A DNA stretch of 64,000 nucleotides from an uncultured Alphaproteobacteria bacterium (GCA_963710285.1 CAVPZT010000006.1:1080838-1144837); one strand, 5' to 3'. Positions 1 through 10,141 are shown, counted from the first letter of the stretch. Notes: a model not told the origin generated them from the sequence alone. Numbers and translations: made by a program.

Positions 1-129
1 GTTGGTGATGCGTTTGTCCGAGCCGAGCAGGTTCGAGCGGAAGAGGAGCTTGTCCGATTCGCTCATCCCTGCCGCTTTCGCGTCGTCCCACGCCCCCTCA
101 AGCCGCTGATTTTTCGTATTGTTTTTCAT
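1..129 (-). CDS. bifunctional rhamnulose-1-phosphate aldolase/short-chain dehydrogenase, first 43 codons only (gene runs off the window start)
   Basis: Minus-strand ATG at 127-129 gives MKNNTKNQRLEGAWDDAKAAGMSESDKLLFRSNLLGSDKRITN. This resembles the conserved N-terminus (..SNLLG.D.RITN then GGGNTS) of this family as I remember it. The divergent DeoR regulator and sugar kinase fit a rhamnose-type locus. Confidence 0.5.
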   Translation of the reverse strand, partial: MKNNTKNQRLEGAWDDAKAAGMSESDKLLFRSNLLGSDKRITN

Positions 130-271
130 GCCCCCTCCCGGCCACCCGCGACGCGGCGCGCCGCGTGATTCCACTCAATATCAGTCTTATTCTGCCATCT
201 TATAAGAATACTCGATCAAACATGATTGACTTTGACCAATGTTGTTTTCACCTTCGCCCCAGGGGGACGCG

Positions 272-1084
272 ATGCACGAAACCGCGCGACACAGGATCAT
301 TCTTTCCGCCGCGCAGGATCGGCCGGTCGTGACCGTGGCCGATCTCTGCGCCCTCACCGGGGCATCTGAGGCCACGATCCGCCGAGATATCGCCACGCTC
401 GATGCGCAGAAGAAGCTGCGTCGGGTCCGGGGTGGCGCGGAGGCGTTGATCCCGCCCATGCTTGTCGGGCTGGCGGGGCGGCCCTATTCGGTGAATGAGC
501 AATTCAACCTCGCGCAGAAACAGGCCATTGCCCGCGCCGCAGTCGCACTTTGCGCCGATGGCGAGCCGATCATCATCAACGGCGGCACGACGACCTTTCA
601 GATGGTGCATCCGCTCGCGACCCGCCGATTGCAGGTCTTCACCAATTCCTTCCCGATCGCGGAGCATCTGCTGAAGCATTCAAGGAACACCGTCCTTCTT
701 CCCGGCGGCGCGATCTATCGCGAGCAGAACATCATCCTTTCGCCCTTCGACAATGACGTGTCGAAGAACTTCTACGCCAAGCGGATGTTCATGGGCGCGC
801 AAGGTGTCGGGCCTCTGGGCTTGATGGAGGCCGATCCGCTGCTGATTCAGGCTGAGCAGAAGCTGATCGGCCAGGCCGAGGATCTGGTGATTCTGGTCGA
901 TTCCTCGAAGTTCCGGAACCGGTCGAGCCTTGTTCTCTGCCCGCTTTCCCGTGTCCATACGCTTATCACCGACGAAGGGATCAGCGACCGCGAAGCGGCG
1001 ATGCTGGAGGCGGCCGGGGTCACCCTGATCGTCGCCGCCGCACCGGCGGGCGACAAGGTGGCGAAGATCCCGACCAGGCCATGA
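272..1084 (+). CDS. DeoR/GlpR-family transcriptional regulator
   Basis: ORF 239..1084, with the likely start at ATG 272 (MHETARHRII). It has an N-terminal DeoR HTH (VTVADLCALTGASEATIRRDIATLDAQKKLRRVRGGA) and a C-terminal sugar-phosphate sensor domain. Its stop overlaps the next start (ATGA). Confidence 0.85.
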   Translation: MHETARHRIILSAAQDRPVVTVADLCALTGASEATIRRDIATLDAQKKLRRVRGGAEALIPPMLVGLAGRPYSVNEQFNLAQKQAIARAAVALCADGEPIIINGGTTTFQMVHPLATRRLQVFTNSFPIAEHLLKHSRNTVLLPGGAIYREQNIILSPFDNDVSKNFYAKRMFMGAQGVGPLGLMEADPLLIQAEQKLIGQAEDLVILVDSSKFRNRSSLVLCPLSRVHTLITDEGISDREAAMLEAAGVTLIVAAAPAGDKVAKIPTRP

Positions 1085-2460
1085 CCTCCCCGCGACATAT
1101 CGCCGTCATCGACATCGGCAAGACCAATGCAAAGCTTGCGCTGGTCGATGCGGCGGATCTGAGCGAGATCGACATCGTCACGCGGCCGAACAGCGTCCTC
1201 CCCGGCCCGCCCTATCCGCATTTCGATCTCGAGGGGCATTGGCGCTTCCTTCTGTCCGCGCTGACCGGATTCCACCGCGCGCATGGCGTGGATGCGATTT
1301 CGGTGACGACGCACGGCGCGTCTTGCGTGCTTTTGGATGCCGACGGTGGCCTGGCCGCCCCGATGCTCGACTACGAGCATTCCGGCCCTGACAACGTCAG
1401 CGCCGAGTATGATGCGATCCGCCCCGAATTTGAGGAAACCGGCGCGCCCCGCCTTGGACTGGGGCTGAACCTCGGGGCGCAGTTGTTCTGGCAGTTCCGC
1501 ACCGATCCGGGACTGAAGCACCGGACGCAGACGATCATGACCTACCCGCAATACTGGGGTTTCCGCCTCACCGGTATCGCGGCGACGGATGCGAGTTCCC
1601 TCGGCTGCCACACCGACCTTTGGAACCCGCGCGACGGACACCTGTCATCTCTTGCCGACAAGCTCGGGATCGCGGGAAAGATCGCGCCGACACGGGCCGC
1701 TGCGGACGTGCTCGGCCCGATCCTGCCCGAAATCACACGGGTGACCTGCCTGCCACATCAGACGCCCGTCCACTGCGGCATCCATGATTCCAACGCCTCG
1801 CTTCTGCCGCACATATATGCCCGCGTCGCGCCGTTTTCCGTCGTGTCCACTGGCACTTGGGTCATTGCCATGGCCATCGGCGGCACGACCATCACGCTCG
1901 ACCCGGCGCGTGATACGCTGATCAACGTCAACGCGTTTGGGCACCCCGTGCCCTCCGCGCGATTCATGGGCGGGCGGGAGTTCGAGACACTTATCGTAGG
2001 CCGAAGCGCAACGGTCTCCGAAGGCGCCATTGCGGCTGTACTCGGTTCGGGCCAAATGTTGCTGCCCTCCTTGGTGGATGACTCCGGCCCGTTTCAGGGC
2101 GGCGCCGCGCGGTGGCTGGCGGATGAGCCAAGGCAAGGATCGGCGGAACGGTTGGCTGCCGTGAGCTTTTACCTCGCGCTTGTCACCGCCGCGTGTCTGC
2201 GCCTGATCGGCCATCGCGGCACAATCGTCGTCGAGGGTCCCTTCGCCCGGAATTCCGGATATTGCGAGATGCTCTCTGTCGCCGCCGGAAGTCCGGTCGA
2301 GACAACTGCCGGACGGACCGGAACAAGTCAGGGTGCTGCACTTCTCGCTGCGCCGGATGCACTGCTGCCCAAGACGGCCGCCGTCACCGTCCCGCCTTAC
2401 AGACGGTTGGCGATGAAGCGCTATGCGGACCTCTGGAGGGCGCGCACCGACGCGATGTGA
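1081..2460 (+). CDS. FGGY-like carbohydrate kinase (RhaK-type rhamnulose/sugar kinase)
   Basis: Intact 459-aa ORF with an N-terminal ATPase phosphate-1 motif (IAVIDIGKTNAKLALVD). It is translationally coupled to the DeoR gene in a rhamnose-type context. Confidence 0.7.
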   Translation: MTSPRHIAVIDIGKTNAKLALVDAADLSEIDIVTRPNSVLPGPPYPHFDLEGHWRFLLSALTGFHRAHGVDAISVTTHGASCVLLDADGGLAAPMLDYEHSGPDNVSAEYDAIRPEFEETGAPRLGLGLNLGAQLFWQFRTDPGLKHRTQTIMTYPQYWGFRLTGIAATDASSLGCHTDLWNPRDGHLSSLADKLGIAGKIAPTRAAADVLGPILPEITRVTCLPHQTPVHCGIHDSNASLLPHIYARVAPFSVVSTGTWVIAMAIGGTTITLDPARDTLINVNAFGHPVPSARFMGGREFETLIVGRSATVSEGAIAAVLGSGQMLLPSLVDDSGPFQGGAARWLADEPRQGSAERLAAVSFYLALVTAACLRLIGHRGTIVVEGPFARNSGYCEMLSVAAGSPVETTAGRTGTSQGAALLAAPDALLPKTAAVTVPPYRRLAMKRYADLWRARTDAM

Positions 2461-2464
2461 GTGG

Positions 2465-2469
2465 GTTGA
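2465..2469. repeat. left copy of the 5-bp target-site duplication GTTGA
   Basis: GTTGA lies immediately outside the left transposon terminus, and an identical GTTGA lies immediately outside the right terminus (21366..21370). Confidence 0.8.
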
Positions 2470-2500
2470 TGTCGAATCCAGTAAATAACGCCCTTTTCAG
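2470..2500 (+). repeat. left terminal inverted repeat (IR-L)
   Basis: TGTCGAATCCAGTAAATAACGCCCTTTTCAG against the reverse complement of 21335..21365, TGAGGAGTCTGGGAGAAAACGCCCTTTTCGG: 22/31 identical, including an AACGCCCTTTTC core. It also resembles the Tn402/Tn5053 IR pattern TGTCG....CAG.A.ACGG. Confidence 0.75.
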
Positions 2501-2561
2501 CTCTCCGAACCCCATATTTCATTGAGTCTGTATTTGGGATCGGCCGAAAACTCACCCTTGA

Positions 2562-2580
2562 TGTCCGGGAATTATCGCCC
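2562..2580 (+). repeat. subterminal repeat L2 (putative TniA binding site)
   Basis: TGTCCGGGAATTATCGCCC matches the reverse complement of 21298..21316 (TGTCCAGATATTATCGCCC) at 16/19. It is also related to 5830..5848. Confidence 0.6.
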
Positions 2581-2619
2581 TTTGAGATTCCGCCCCATCA
2601 GCGCACCCGGAATTGAAAC

Positions 2620-2639
2620 GGCCGCCCATCTGGGCGGCC
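2620..2639 (-). terminator. hairpin terminator downstream of tniQ
   Basis: GGCCGCCC-atct-GGGCGGCC stem-loop 25 nt after the tniQ stop, followed on the minus strand by GTTTCAATT. Confidence 0.55.
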
Positions 2640-2664
2640 GCATCGGTGTTGGTAGTCTGTAATC

Positions 2665-4503
2665 TCAGAGGTTCGCGCGTCGGTAGACGAACTTGTTTAG
2701 CGCCGATTTCTGGAGGATTGGCGCGATGCCTCGTCTGTCGAGGTGCTTGCGTAGGTACTTCGTCGAGAAACCGAGCTCCACCGCCAGTTCTTTGAGGTCG
2801 ACGTGCTCGTCCGAAAATCGTTCGATGTCTATTGGGTCGATGAAGTGCTTTAGCGCCCCTGACGATGACTCGACCGATTGGCTCGGTAGGATTGGCTTGC
2901 CATTCGGATTCGTGCTCGTGAAGAGCGCATGCACGGCCCAGGTTTCCATGTCGAGACGAGCCGCGGCTTCAGCGATTGTTATACGACCTGCGCCATGGTC
3001 TGCGCTTAGGCGAGAGCGAACCTCATCAGGATCCACGAGCACTGATCGAAGCTTCAGCTCGGGCGAAAGCAGTTCGATGCGGTTCAACCGCCGCTCGAGC
3101 ACCAGTTTCACGATGTCGATGGCCGGCCATCGCACTATTTCCGAGACCTCGACAACGTCCACCATGCCGCAGCTGCCTCGTTCTACGGAAACCCCGTGCG
3201 ACCGGAACCGGTCCAGGAAAAGGTCGAGGTCGTCAAGCGGCACGAGGTTCAGCCCGCTCTCACCGCCATCGCGATTTTCCCCGATCCGGGAAACGAACGC
3301 TTGACGAACAATGGCCTCGGCCTGAGGTCGGCAGCAGTTCAAGTAGGCAGAAATTCCGGTGACGGGGATCGCCCGCCGCATGCGATCGGCGAGCCGCTCC
3401 CCTTCCTCGGCATCGACCGTCAGGAATCCGTCCACGAAATCGACATCGCCTTCGGGCATCAAGCCCGTCAGGACGAGGCCGCGGTTCAGAGTTCGTCTGT
3501 TCAGTCCGGTCGCTTTCGCGAGACTTGCGACGGAGTGCCGGCGGCGTTCCGACACGGGTTCGCCGAAGAGCATGGTCCCCGGTTCGATCGCCATGGTGTC
3601 GAGCAGATACTCCCTGAAGACCTCGCGGAAGGGCCCGCGATCCCGGTGGCTCTTGCTAAACTGAAGCCACTCGTAGAGGCGACGGAATAGCCGTTGCGGG
3701 CCACCGCGTTTCGCTGTTCGGCTCGGTCTGAGGGCGATCTCATCGAGGCCCTCGCGGACACCGGCAGCGCCCCTCGAGGTGAACTCGAAGCCCACAGCAC
3801 CGGCCTCGTTCCAGTCGTCCTCTGTCTGGGAGGAAAACTCGATGCCGGGGCCCCTGAGGACACAGATGCCCAGCATCTCGGTCGAACGGGTGGCAAGATC
3901 GATCTGCTGGCTGTCAAGCCATTCGGGGCCAACCGCACCGTCGAACCGGCGATCGACGTACGATTGCAGTGGCGAGACACGACGGCTTGACGAAGAGGAG
4001 ACGATTTTCTGCAGTTCGGCGTCGTCCGGCGCGACATCGGCCATATCCTGGAACACTTCCGACCAGCTCTCGTTCGCTCGCCGGACGAGCGGAATGCCAT
4101 GGACCGCGCAAGTCCGAACCACGGAGAATTGCCAGAAGATCAGCCCGACGCGATGTCCTTCGCTCACCGACCCGCGGCTCCCATCTGCGAGCAGGCAGGC
4201 AGGGCAGTAGGTGGTCCTATCGCGGCCGACAAACTCAGCCTGGAATCGAAGCCCGCGATGTTCATAGACCCGGTCTCCAACACTCGTGTAGGCGCCGTGA
4301 AGGAGCACTTCCTGGCCGATACCCGTCAGCTCTTGCAGCCGTTCGACGGCTTCCGGGGTCACCCCGATGATGTCCTTTCGTTGGAGGCCCAGGAAGGCAA
4401 GGAAATCTGCCGGCTCCATGCCCGTCTCTTGTCGGCCGAACCGCGACACCATGGACACCAGACTTTCACCGGCGAGGAGACTGTATGACGTCGAGAAGGC
4501 CAT
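2665..4503 (-). CDS. tniQ: TniQ-family transposition target-selection protein (612 aa, TnsD-sized)
   Basis: Intact ORF with an N-terminal TniQ domain carrying a Cys/His cluster (TYCPACLLADG ... VVRTCAVHGIPLV). It starts 2 nt after the tniB stop. Confidence 0.85.
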   Translation of the reverse strand: MAFSTSYSLLAGESLVSMVSRFGRQETGMEPADFLAFLGLQRKDIIGVTPEAVERLQELTGIGQEVLLHGAYTSVGDRVYEHRGLRFQAEFVGRDRTTYCPACLLADGSRGSVSEGHRVGLIFWQFSVVRTCAVHGIPLVRRANESWSEVFQDMADVAPDDAELQKIVSSSSSRRVSPLQSYVDRRFDGAVGPEWLDSQQIDLATRSTEMLGICVLRGPGIEFSSQTEDDWNEAGAVGFEFTSRGAAGVREGLDEIALRPSRTAKRGGPQRLFRRLYEWLQFSKSHRDRGPFREVFREYLLDTMAIEPGTMLFGEPVSERRRHSVASLAKATGLNRRTLNRGLVLTGLMPEGDVDFVDGFLTVDAEEGERLADRMRRAIPVTGISAYLNCCRPQAEAIVRQAFVSRIGENRDGGESGLNLVPLDDLDLFLDRFRSHGVSVERGSCGMVDVVEVSEIVRWPAIDIVKLVLERRLNRIELLSPELKLRSVLVDPDEVRSRLSADHGAGRITIAEAAARLDMETWAVHALFTSTNPNGKPILPSQSVESSSGALKHFIDPIDIERFSDEHVDLKELAVELGFSTKYLRKHLDRRGIAPILQKSALNKFVYRRANL

Positions 4504-4505
4504 GA

Positions 4506-5492
4506 TCAGGTCCGCTCGAGTTGCTTGTTCTGGCGCTTCGTCCGGGCGGCCTCGAAGTCATCCGCCGCGCCATCGAGGCGGATCGAGCTCCATGAGTCGG
4601 CGACAAAGACGTTATCGTGCCATGGGCAGCCTTCCTGCATCCCCCAGGCCTCCGCGAAATGGTCGCCTTCCAGCTTGTCCGCCCCGTCGCGAAGAGCACG
4701 CTCTATGGCGTTGATTGCGGTCTCCACCGCCCGGCCGAAGCGGCCGCGGCTGCCGTGGATTAGCCGGGCAGCGAGGTCGTCGCCTACGCGGGACTCGAGG
4801 CCGGCCTCGTTCGCGTACTTCCCGATCAGCGAGTTGATAGCGCGCGCGTTCCCGGCGCTGAGGTCGCACGGGATGATCTTGGAGAAGCGGCGGTTGACCT
4901 GTGGATCGAAGCTGGTGATCTGGGACAAACGGCCGGTGCCGCTGAGAATGACGATCACGCCGGCCTCGCCGAGCATCATCGACTTGAGCATCTTCAGCAT
5001 GTCGTCGATTTCACGCGTCGAACGCGAGAGAAAAAGGTCCTGTGCCTCATCAATCCAGAGGACCGTGTAGCCCTGCTTGCAGAGCTGGATGCGGATCACC
5101 TGGAACAGTTCGAACGCCGTGACACGCGGAGGGAGTTTCGTGAAGCCGAGCCGCGCCAGGATCGCATGTCCGAGGCTCTTGAGGGTGGCAGGGTTCGGCA
5201 CCTGGACTTCCAGGTAGCGCGGTTGGCCATCGGTCGGGGCCAGGCATGCAGTCTTGGAGAGGACATGGCGGATGGCGGTCGTCTTGCCGCCCCCAGCCGC
5301 CTCGATCAGTGCGATGCCGCGCGTCTCCTGCTTGAGGGTAAAGCGGACGGGCTCAGCGATCTGGTTGCCGCCGGCATCGACCTGGAGCAGATGATCGAGA
5401 TGCTCCTTCAGCTGCCGATCGCGCTCGGTATCGATGTGAATGGAGCGCAGGTGGTCAATCTTCTGAGACACTTGGACTGGGTTCAGTTTCAT
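4506..5492 (-). CDS. tniB: TniB/TnsC-like AAA+ ATPase
   Basis: Intact 328-aa ORF with Walker A (EAAGGGKTTAI) and Walker B (VLWIDEAQDL), followed directly by tniQ. Confidence 0.9.
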   Translation of the reverse strand: MKLNPVQVSQKIDHLRSIHIDTERDRQLKEHLDHLLQVDAGGNQIAEPVRFTLKQETRGIALIEAAGGGKTTAIRHVLSKTACLAPTDGQPRYLEVQVPNPATLKSLGHAILARLGFTKLPPRVTAFELFQVIRIQLCKQGYTVLWIDEAQDLFLSRSTREIDDMLKMLKSMMLGEAGVIVILSGTGRLSQITSFDPQVNRRFSKIIPCDLSAGNARAINSLIGKYANEAGLESRVGDDLAARLIHGSRGRFGRAVETAINAIERALRDGADKLEGDHFAEAWGMQEGCPWHDNVFVADSWSSIRLDGAADDFEAARTKRQNKQLERT

Positions 5493-5689
5493 GGCGGGGA
5501 CTTCCTACCGGGGCGCTTCCGCCCGATTTTGGGGTTTGCGACAGATCCAGGATCACATCGCGAAGGCGCCTTGTGGCACATCAATCGGCGGCTTCTTGTT
5601 GGATATTGGCTGATTGCTGAAATCCGGAAGAAAAATCTTGGCTGCTCGCCGAACATTTTTGCTATGTCTACAAGCCTACTGGTCCGCAA
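5489..5689 (-). CDS. 66-codon ORF translationally coupled to tniB (accessory gene or relic of an upstream gene)
   Basis: Its TGA overlaps the tniB ATG (ATGA at 5492-5489). It contains an HTH-like stretch, LVDIAKMFGEQPR. There is no clear start context (TTG) and I do not recognise a family. Confidence 0.3.
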   Translation of the reverse strand: MRTSRLVDIAKMFGEQPRFFFRISAISQYPTRSRRLMCHKAPSRCDPGSVANPKIGRKRPGRKSPP

Positions 5690-5797
5690 GGGACGTTCCG
5701 GACCCTCGGGCTACGCGCTCAAACTCCGTCGAGTCTACGACGGCCTCCTGAAAGATGGGCCGGGAAGCGGGCATTCGCCACGAGTGCGAGCCAGTCA

Positions 5798-5855
5798 TGT
5801 CGCGACGTCCGAAAGCGACATTCACTGGATGTCGAAAGGGAATTATTTGTTGCAC
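5798..5855 (+). repeat. composite motif A at the tniB-side cargo boundary: TGTCG hairpin plus a third transposon-end-like site
   Basis: TGTCGC-gacgtccgaaa-GCGACA, then TTCACTGGA, then TGTCGAAAGGGAATTATTTGTTGCAC. The last part resembles IR-L/L2 (TGTCG.., GGGAATTAT). The overall layout recurs at 18045..18101. Confidence 0.5.
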
Positions 5856-6020
5856 TGCCGCAGGTCGGCTCCGAACCAAATCTGACGAATGCTGCACCCT
5901 GCGCGAAGTGGAGCGAGCCGCGGAAATTCGGCATTGATGGACGCAGTCACGGCCCGTTCCTTAAAATGGCCGACTTTTGCTCCGCCTCACTGGCCGGATT
6001 TTACTCCGCCGTTGACAGAT

Positions 6021-6482
6021 TCAATTGGATAAGTGGTCAGGTGCACGGTTTCGCACCGATCCGGGGATGGTACCGCCCAATCCGCCGCGTAGACGGCGCG
6101 CCAGATCGAAGAAAGCTGTCGCGTCCTGGCCGAGCGCAGCGCGGATGGTGTCGTCGACTGCCGCCCAGGCCCTACTGATCCCGGTCAGCAAGGTGCGTCC
6201 CTTTTCGGTAAGTTCGAGAACCTGTCGCCGACGCGATGCGGGATCGGTCGCACGCGTGATGTAGCCGGCGGCCAGCAGGCGGTCCGTCATGGTGCTCATG
6301 CTGGCCGAAGTGACCCCGAACGCCGAAGCGAGGTCGGTCTGAGAAACGGGGCCCGTCCGGCCCATCGCGTCGATGACGCGGGCCTGACGCGGATGGATCC
6401 CCAGCGGCGCCAATTGTCGGCGAAGCTCCGCTCTCGACAAGGTCCGCGCTGTGAAGGAACCCATGGAAGTCATGTTGGTCAA
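6021..6482 (-). CDS. MarR-family transcriptional regulator
   Basis: Intact 153-aa ORF with a winged-helix region (VSQTDLASAFGVTSASMSTMTDRLLAAGYITRATDPASRRRQVLELTEKG). It is divergent from the YHYH gene. Confidence 0.85.
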   Translation of the reverse strand: MTNMTSMGSFTARTLSRAELRRQLAPLGIHPRQARVIDAMGRTGPVSQTDLASAFGVTSASMSTMTDRLLAAGYITRATDPASRRRQVLELTEKGRTLLTGISRAWAAVDDTIRAALGQDATAFFDLARRLRGGLGGTIPGSVRNRAPDHLSN

Positions 6483-6498
6483 CTTGCATGCTAACAGT

Positions 6499-6508
6499 TA
6501 GTATACTA
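6499..6508. promoter_or_regulatory. perfect 10-bp palindrome TAGTATACTA in the marR / YHYH divergent promoter region (candidate MarR operator)
   Basis: AT-rich palindrome in the 76-bp divergent intergenic region between 6482 and 6559. Confidence 0.35.
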
Positions 6509-6558
6509 TACATTGATGAATCGCAAGCTGCCATCCATGCTCATTCGAGGGAATCACC

Positions 6559-7600
6559 ATGCTCGCAAACCCGGTCACGCAGTTCGCTGTCGCTGCTTTC
6601 CTCGCCGCCACCCTCCTGACGGCCGGCCCGGCCCTTGCGCATTCCGAGGAGGAGACCCTTGCCCGCATCGCTGCCTTCTTCGCGACCGCAAAGGTCGTGG
6701 ACGGCCCGAAGCAGGTCGATTGTACCCTGTCCGGCGGCACGGAAACGACGTGTTTTTCCATCACGGTCAGCCAAGTGCCGCAGACCTATACCCCCGGCCC
6801 ATGGTGCCCCATGAACATCTCGGACGGTCCGGAAAAGGGCGGTATCTGGTTTCTGGACGGCAAGACTGTCGACGTGGACGGCGCATTCATCGCAAATCTG
6901 GCGAAGACCTATGGCGATGCGAAATGGCAGCTTTTCGACCCCGAGACGGGCGCGGTGCGGTACACCGGCACCTTGGAAGCCTGCGAGGCCGCCGCGCGTC
7001 CCGATGTCGATCCGGCCTACCAGAATTACTGCGTGCAGTGCCTGCCGGAATACCTGCCGGCGGACGCGACGACCACCTATGTGATCCCCCTGGACGCCGG
7101 TCCCCGACGGGTGGCCGCGCTGGTGGCCGAGGCGCGCGAACCGCGGCCCTTCGGGCATCGCTTCCAATGGCGTGCGCCTTGATGGTCCCGCCCCGGTCGA
7201 TGCGATCCTCGGGGCGCACACCATCGCGCCCTTCGACGATTGCGGCGGCCATGTGAACCTCCATGAAGGCTATCACTACCACGCCGTGACGGATTGCCTC
7301 TCCGGCGCGCCGACAACGATCGCGGGGGCCGATGCCAAGGCCGTCGCGGCGCTTGGCGGCCAGATCGGCATTGCGATGGATGGCTATGCGATCTTTCCCG
7401 CATCTCATGGCCGACGGTCGCGGCGCCGGAAGGCCTTGATCGCTGCTACGGGCACGAGGCGAGAAAGCCTTGCCTACCACTATCACGTCGGTTCTGCGGG
7501 CTCGAACCAGATTCTCGGCTGTCTCGCGGCGGAAACCGGCTGCACGCTCGTGGAAGGGCAGACGGTTTGCGATGCAACCCGTCCACCGCCGCGCCCCTGA
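6559..7600 (+). pseudogene. secreted YHYH-domain protein, frame-disrupted
   Basis: Signal peptide MLANPVTQFAVAAFLAATLLTAGPALA. YHYH motifs are present (HEGYHYHAV, LAYHYHVG). The coding sequence runs through ORFs 6559..7182 and 7172..7600, with a short excursion into the 7294 frame near 7390-7470. Confidence 0.7.
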
Positions 7601-7641
7601 TGGGGACGGCATTCGTCGAAACAGACCAAGAGTATCTCTCA

Positions 7642-7967
7642 ATGAACCTACGTAACTTCAGCCTTGACCCCCGTCGCGCTGATAGGGCTGATCGGCCTGT
7701 CGCTGCCGGCTATCGGCAGAGGACGGCTCTCTGTTCGTCCCCGATCGAACTGGCCCAGTCCCAAGGCCGCCCGCAGGGTGGTCCGCAAGGCGGTCCGCCG
7801 CCGCAAGAAGCGTTCGATGCCTGCGCTGCGATCGCGGAGGGTGACGGCCTGCGCATTCAGGCTTCAGGATGACGCAAGCATCGAAGGCACCTGCCACAAA
7901 CCGCCGCAAGGTACGGCAGGGCGCTCTGGTTTGCGTGCCCAACGACGCGCCGCCGCCCAAGGGCTGA
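7642..7967 (+). pseudogene. small secreted Cys-rich protein with a GGPQGGPQGGPPP tract, frame-disrupted
   Basis: Pieced together from three frames: MNLRN.. / ..TPVALIGLIGLSLPAIG (signal peptide) / ..QGGPQGGPPPQEAFDACAAI.. / ..ACAFRLQDDASIEGTCHKPPQGTAG / ALVCVPNDAPPPKG-stop at 7965-7967. Confidence 0.35.
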
Positions 7968-8075
7968 TCCACGGGAAGCCGCGCTTTTCCAGTAGGCGAG
8001 ATCGTATCATGACTTCACCTGTCCAAACCGAACACGCTCAAAAGCGGCTTTCCTGACGCCAAAGCGCTTGGGCAG

Positions 8076-8767
8076 GTGGGTCCTGCGGTCCTGATCGTGG
8101 CGGTGCTCTGGATTGTTTCAAGTCAGGGGTATTACGCGCTTGTTTCGGCGCTCGGATTGAAGAGCGGGTATGACGGTGCGCCGGTGCTGTTCACGGCCTA
8201 CTACCTTGGCTGGACCGCGGTCGCACTTTGGCTGTTCCGTCCCTTGGTCGCCGATCGTCTGGACCGCAGCACAATTGCGCGCGAAGGGCTGGTTATGCTG
8301 CCGATTCTCGCGGGCTTTGCGCTGTTCGTGGTCTACGGCCTGCCGATGCTGCCGAGGGTTTCGGCCCTGCGCGCGCCGTCCGAGCCGCCGGAGTTCATGT
8401 TCGCCTCGGCTTGGTACTACCTGCCGAAATCGGCTGACATCCTGTTCCAGCAGACGCTCGCGGCGGGGCTCATCCTGACGGCGGCACGGGCCGGGTATCG
8501 CCTGCGCCCGATCGCCATCGGCATGGCGGTGGCGTTTGGCGGGTTCCATCTGCTTCTGGCGTTCGACGGGTTCACACCAACCTATGTCACCCGTTTCACC
8601 CTGTCCGCGACCGCGTTCGGGGCGTTGCTTCCCTATCTCTACCTGCGCCGTGCGGCGGGTTCCGCTGGGCCTATTCGCTGCATTGGGGGTTCTACGCGCT
8701 TGATGCAACGCTGACGCATTTCATCCTTGCGATCCCGCCCTGGGCGCCGAAATGGGCACCGCTCTGA
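8076..8767 (+). pseudogene. polytopic membrane protein of unknown function (weak CPBP-like FxxxH motif), one frameshift near 8655
   Basis: ORF 8076..8714 is hydrophobic throughout. The C-terminus continues in another frame (GFRWAYSLHWGFYALDATLTHFILAIPPWAPKWAPL-stop). Confidence 0.5.
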
Positions 8768-8798
8768 CCGCAGCACCGCATATTCAAGGACTATCGCC

Positions 8799-10141
8799 AT
8801 GAAGACCATTCGACTGACACTTTGGACGATCCTGCTGGGCCTGACCGGCCTGTGGGTTGCGGCCAACCTGCCGCTGCCTGACACCCTGACGCGTCATCGC
8901 AACCCGCAATCTGCTTGCTGCAGTATTCCGGTGTGCTGGCCATCGCCGCCATGAGTGTGGCGATGATCCTTGCCACCCGCTGGGCTTGGGTGGACCGTTG
9001 GCTGAACGGGCTGGATAAATCCTACCGGCTGCACAAATGGCTGGGAATTGCCGCCTTGGTGGCATCGATTGCCCATTGGGTCTTTTCCAGTGGTCCGAAA
9101 TGGGCGGTCACTCTGGGCCTGATGGAGGCCCCGACCCGGGAACCCCGCCCCGAGGCTGCGCAAGACATCGCCACGGTTCAGGATTTCTTCAACAGCCTGC
9201 GCGGCCCGGCCGAGGGGATTGGCGAATGGGCGTTTTACGCCGTGGTTGTGCTGATCGCCATCGCGCTGATCCGGCGTATTCCCTACAAGTTCTTCGCCTC
9301 GACCCATACCCTTTTGGCCGCCGCCTATCTGGCGCTGGTGTTCCACGCGACGGTTCTTCTGGAGTTTGACGCCTGGATGCAGCCGCATGGGATTGTTCTG
9401 GCGCTTTTGATGGCGGGTGGCAGCATTGCCGCCGTGCTGGCGCTGACCCGGCAGATCGGCCGTCGCCGCCGGGTGGCGGGGCGGATCGCCTCGATCCTCA
9501 ATTTTCCGTCGATGAAGGTGACCGAAGCCGAAATCACCCTGGACGCGGCATGGCCGGGGCATGATGCGGGGCAGTTTGCCTTCGTCACCTTCGACCGGAA
9601 GGAAGGCAAGCATCCCTTTACCATCGCCTCTGCCTGGAACCCGGAAACCCGGTCGATCACCGTGATCAGCAAGGGTCTGGGCGATTATACCGAACTCTTG
9701 CCGGCCAAACTGGCGGTCGGGGATGAGGTGACCGTCGAAGGGCCTTACGGGCGCTTTACCTTCGATGATGCGAAAGATCGCCAGATCTGGATCGGCGCGG
9801 GTATCGGCATCACGCCCTTCATCGCCCGGCTGAAGCATCTGGCGACCGCACCGGATGGCAAGCAGGTCGACCTGATCCATTGCGCGCCAGAGGTCGCACC
9901 GCAAGCGCGCGCCCTGCTTGACCGCGACATTGCATCGGCCAAGGCCAAACTGAGTCTGATGATCGACGGCAAGGACGGCTTTCTGACCGGGCCGCGGCTG
10001 CGGGAGATGTTTCCGGACTGGGCCACGGCCAGTGTCTGGTTCTGCGGCCCTGCCGCCTTCGGCGATGCCCTGCGCAAGGACTTGGTCGCCCACGGTCTGC
10101 GCCCCGCCGATTTCCATCAGGAACTGTTCAACATGCGATGA
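8799..10141 (+). pseudogene. ferric-reductase-like transmembrane domain fused to an FAD/NAD(P)-binding (FNR-like) domain, one frameshift near 8900
   Basis: The start (MKTIRLTLWTILLGLTGLW) is in the 8727 frame and the rest is ORF 8915..10141. It has His-bearing TM helices (YRLHKWLG, IAHWVF) followed by RxYT-like FTIAS and GIGITPF nucleotide-binding motifs. Confidence 0.7.

Noticed and set aside
5798-5820. Considered the TGTCG hairpins at both cargo boundaries as integron attC sites or IS200/IS605-type hairpin ends.
   Set aside because: No integron integrase, attI, TnpA(Y1) or TnpB gene is present, and the hairpins lack the R''/L''-L'/R' attC organisation. They are kept as transposon-related boundary motifs instead.
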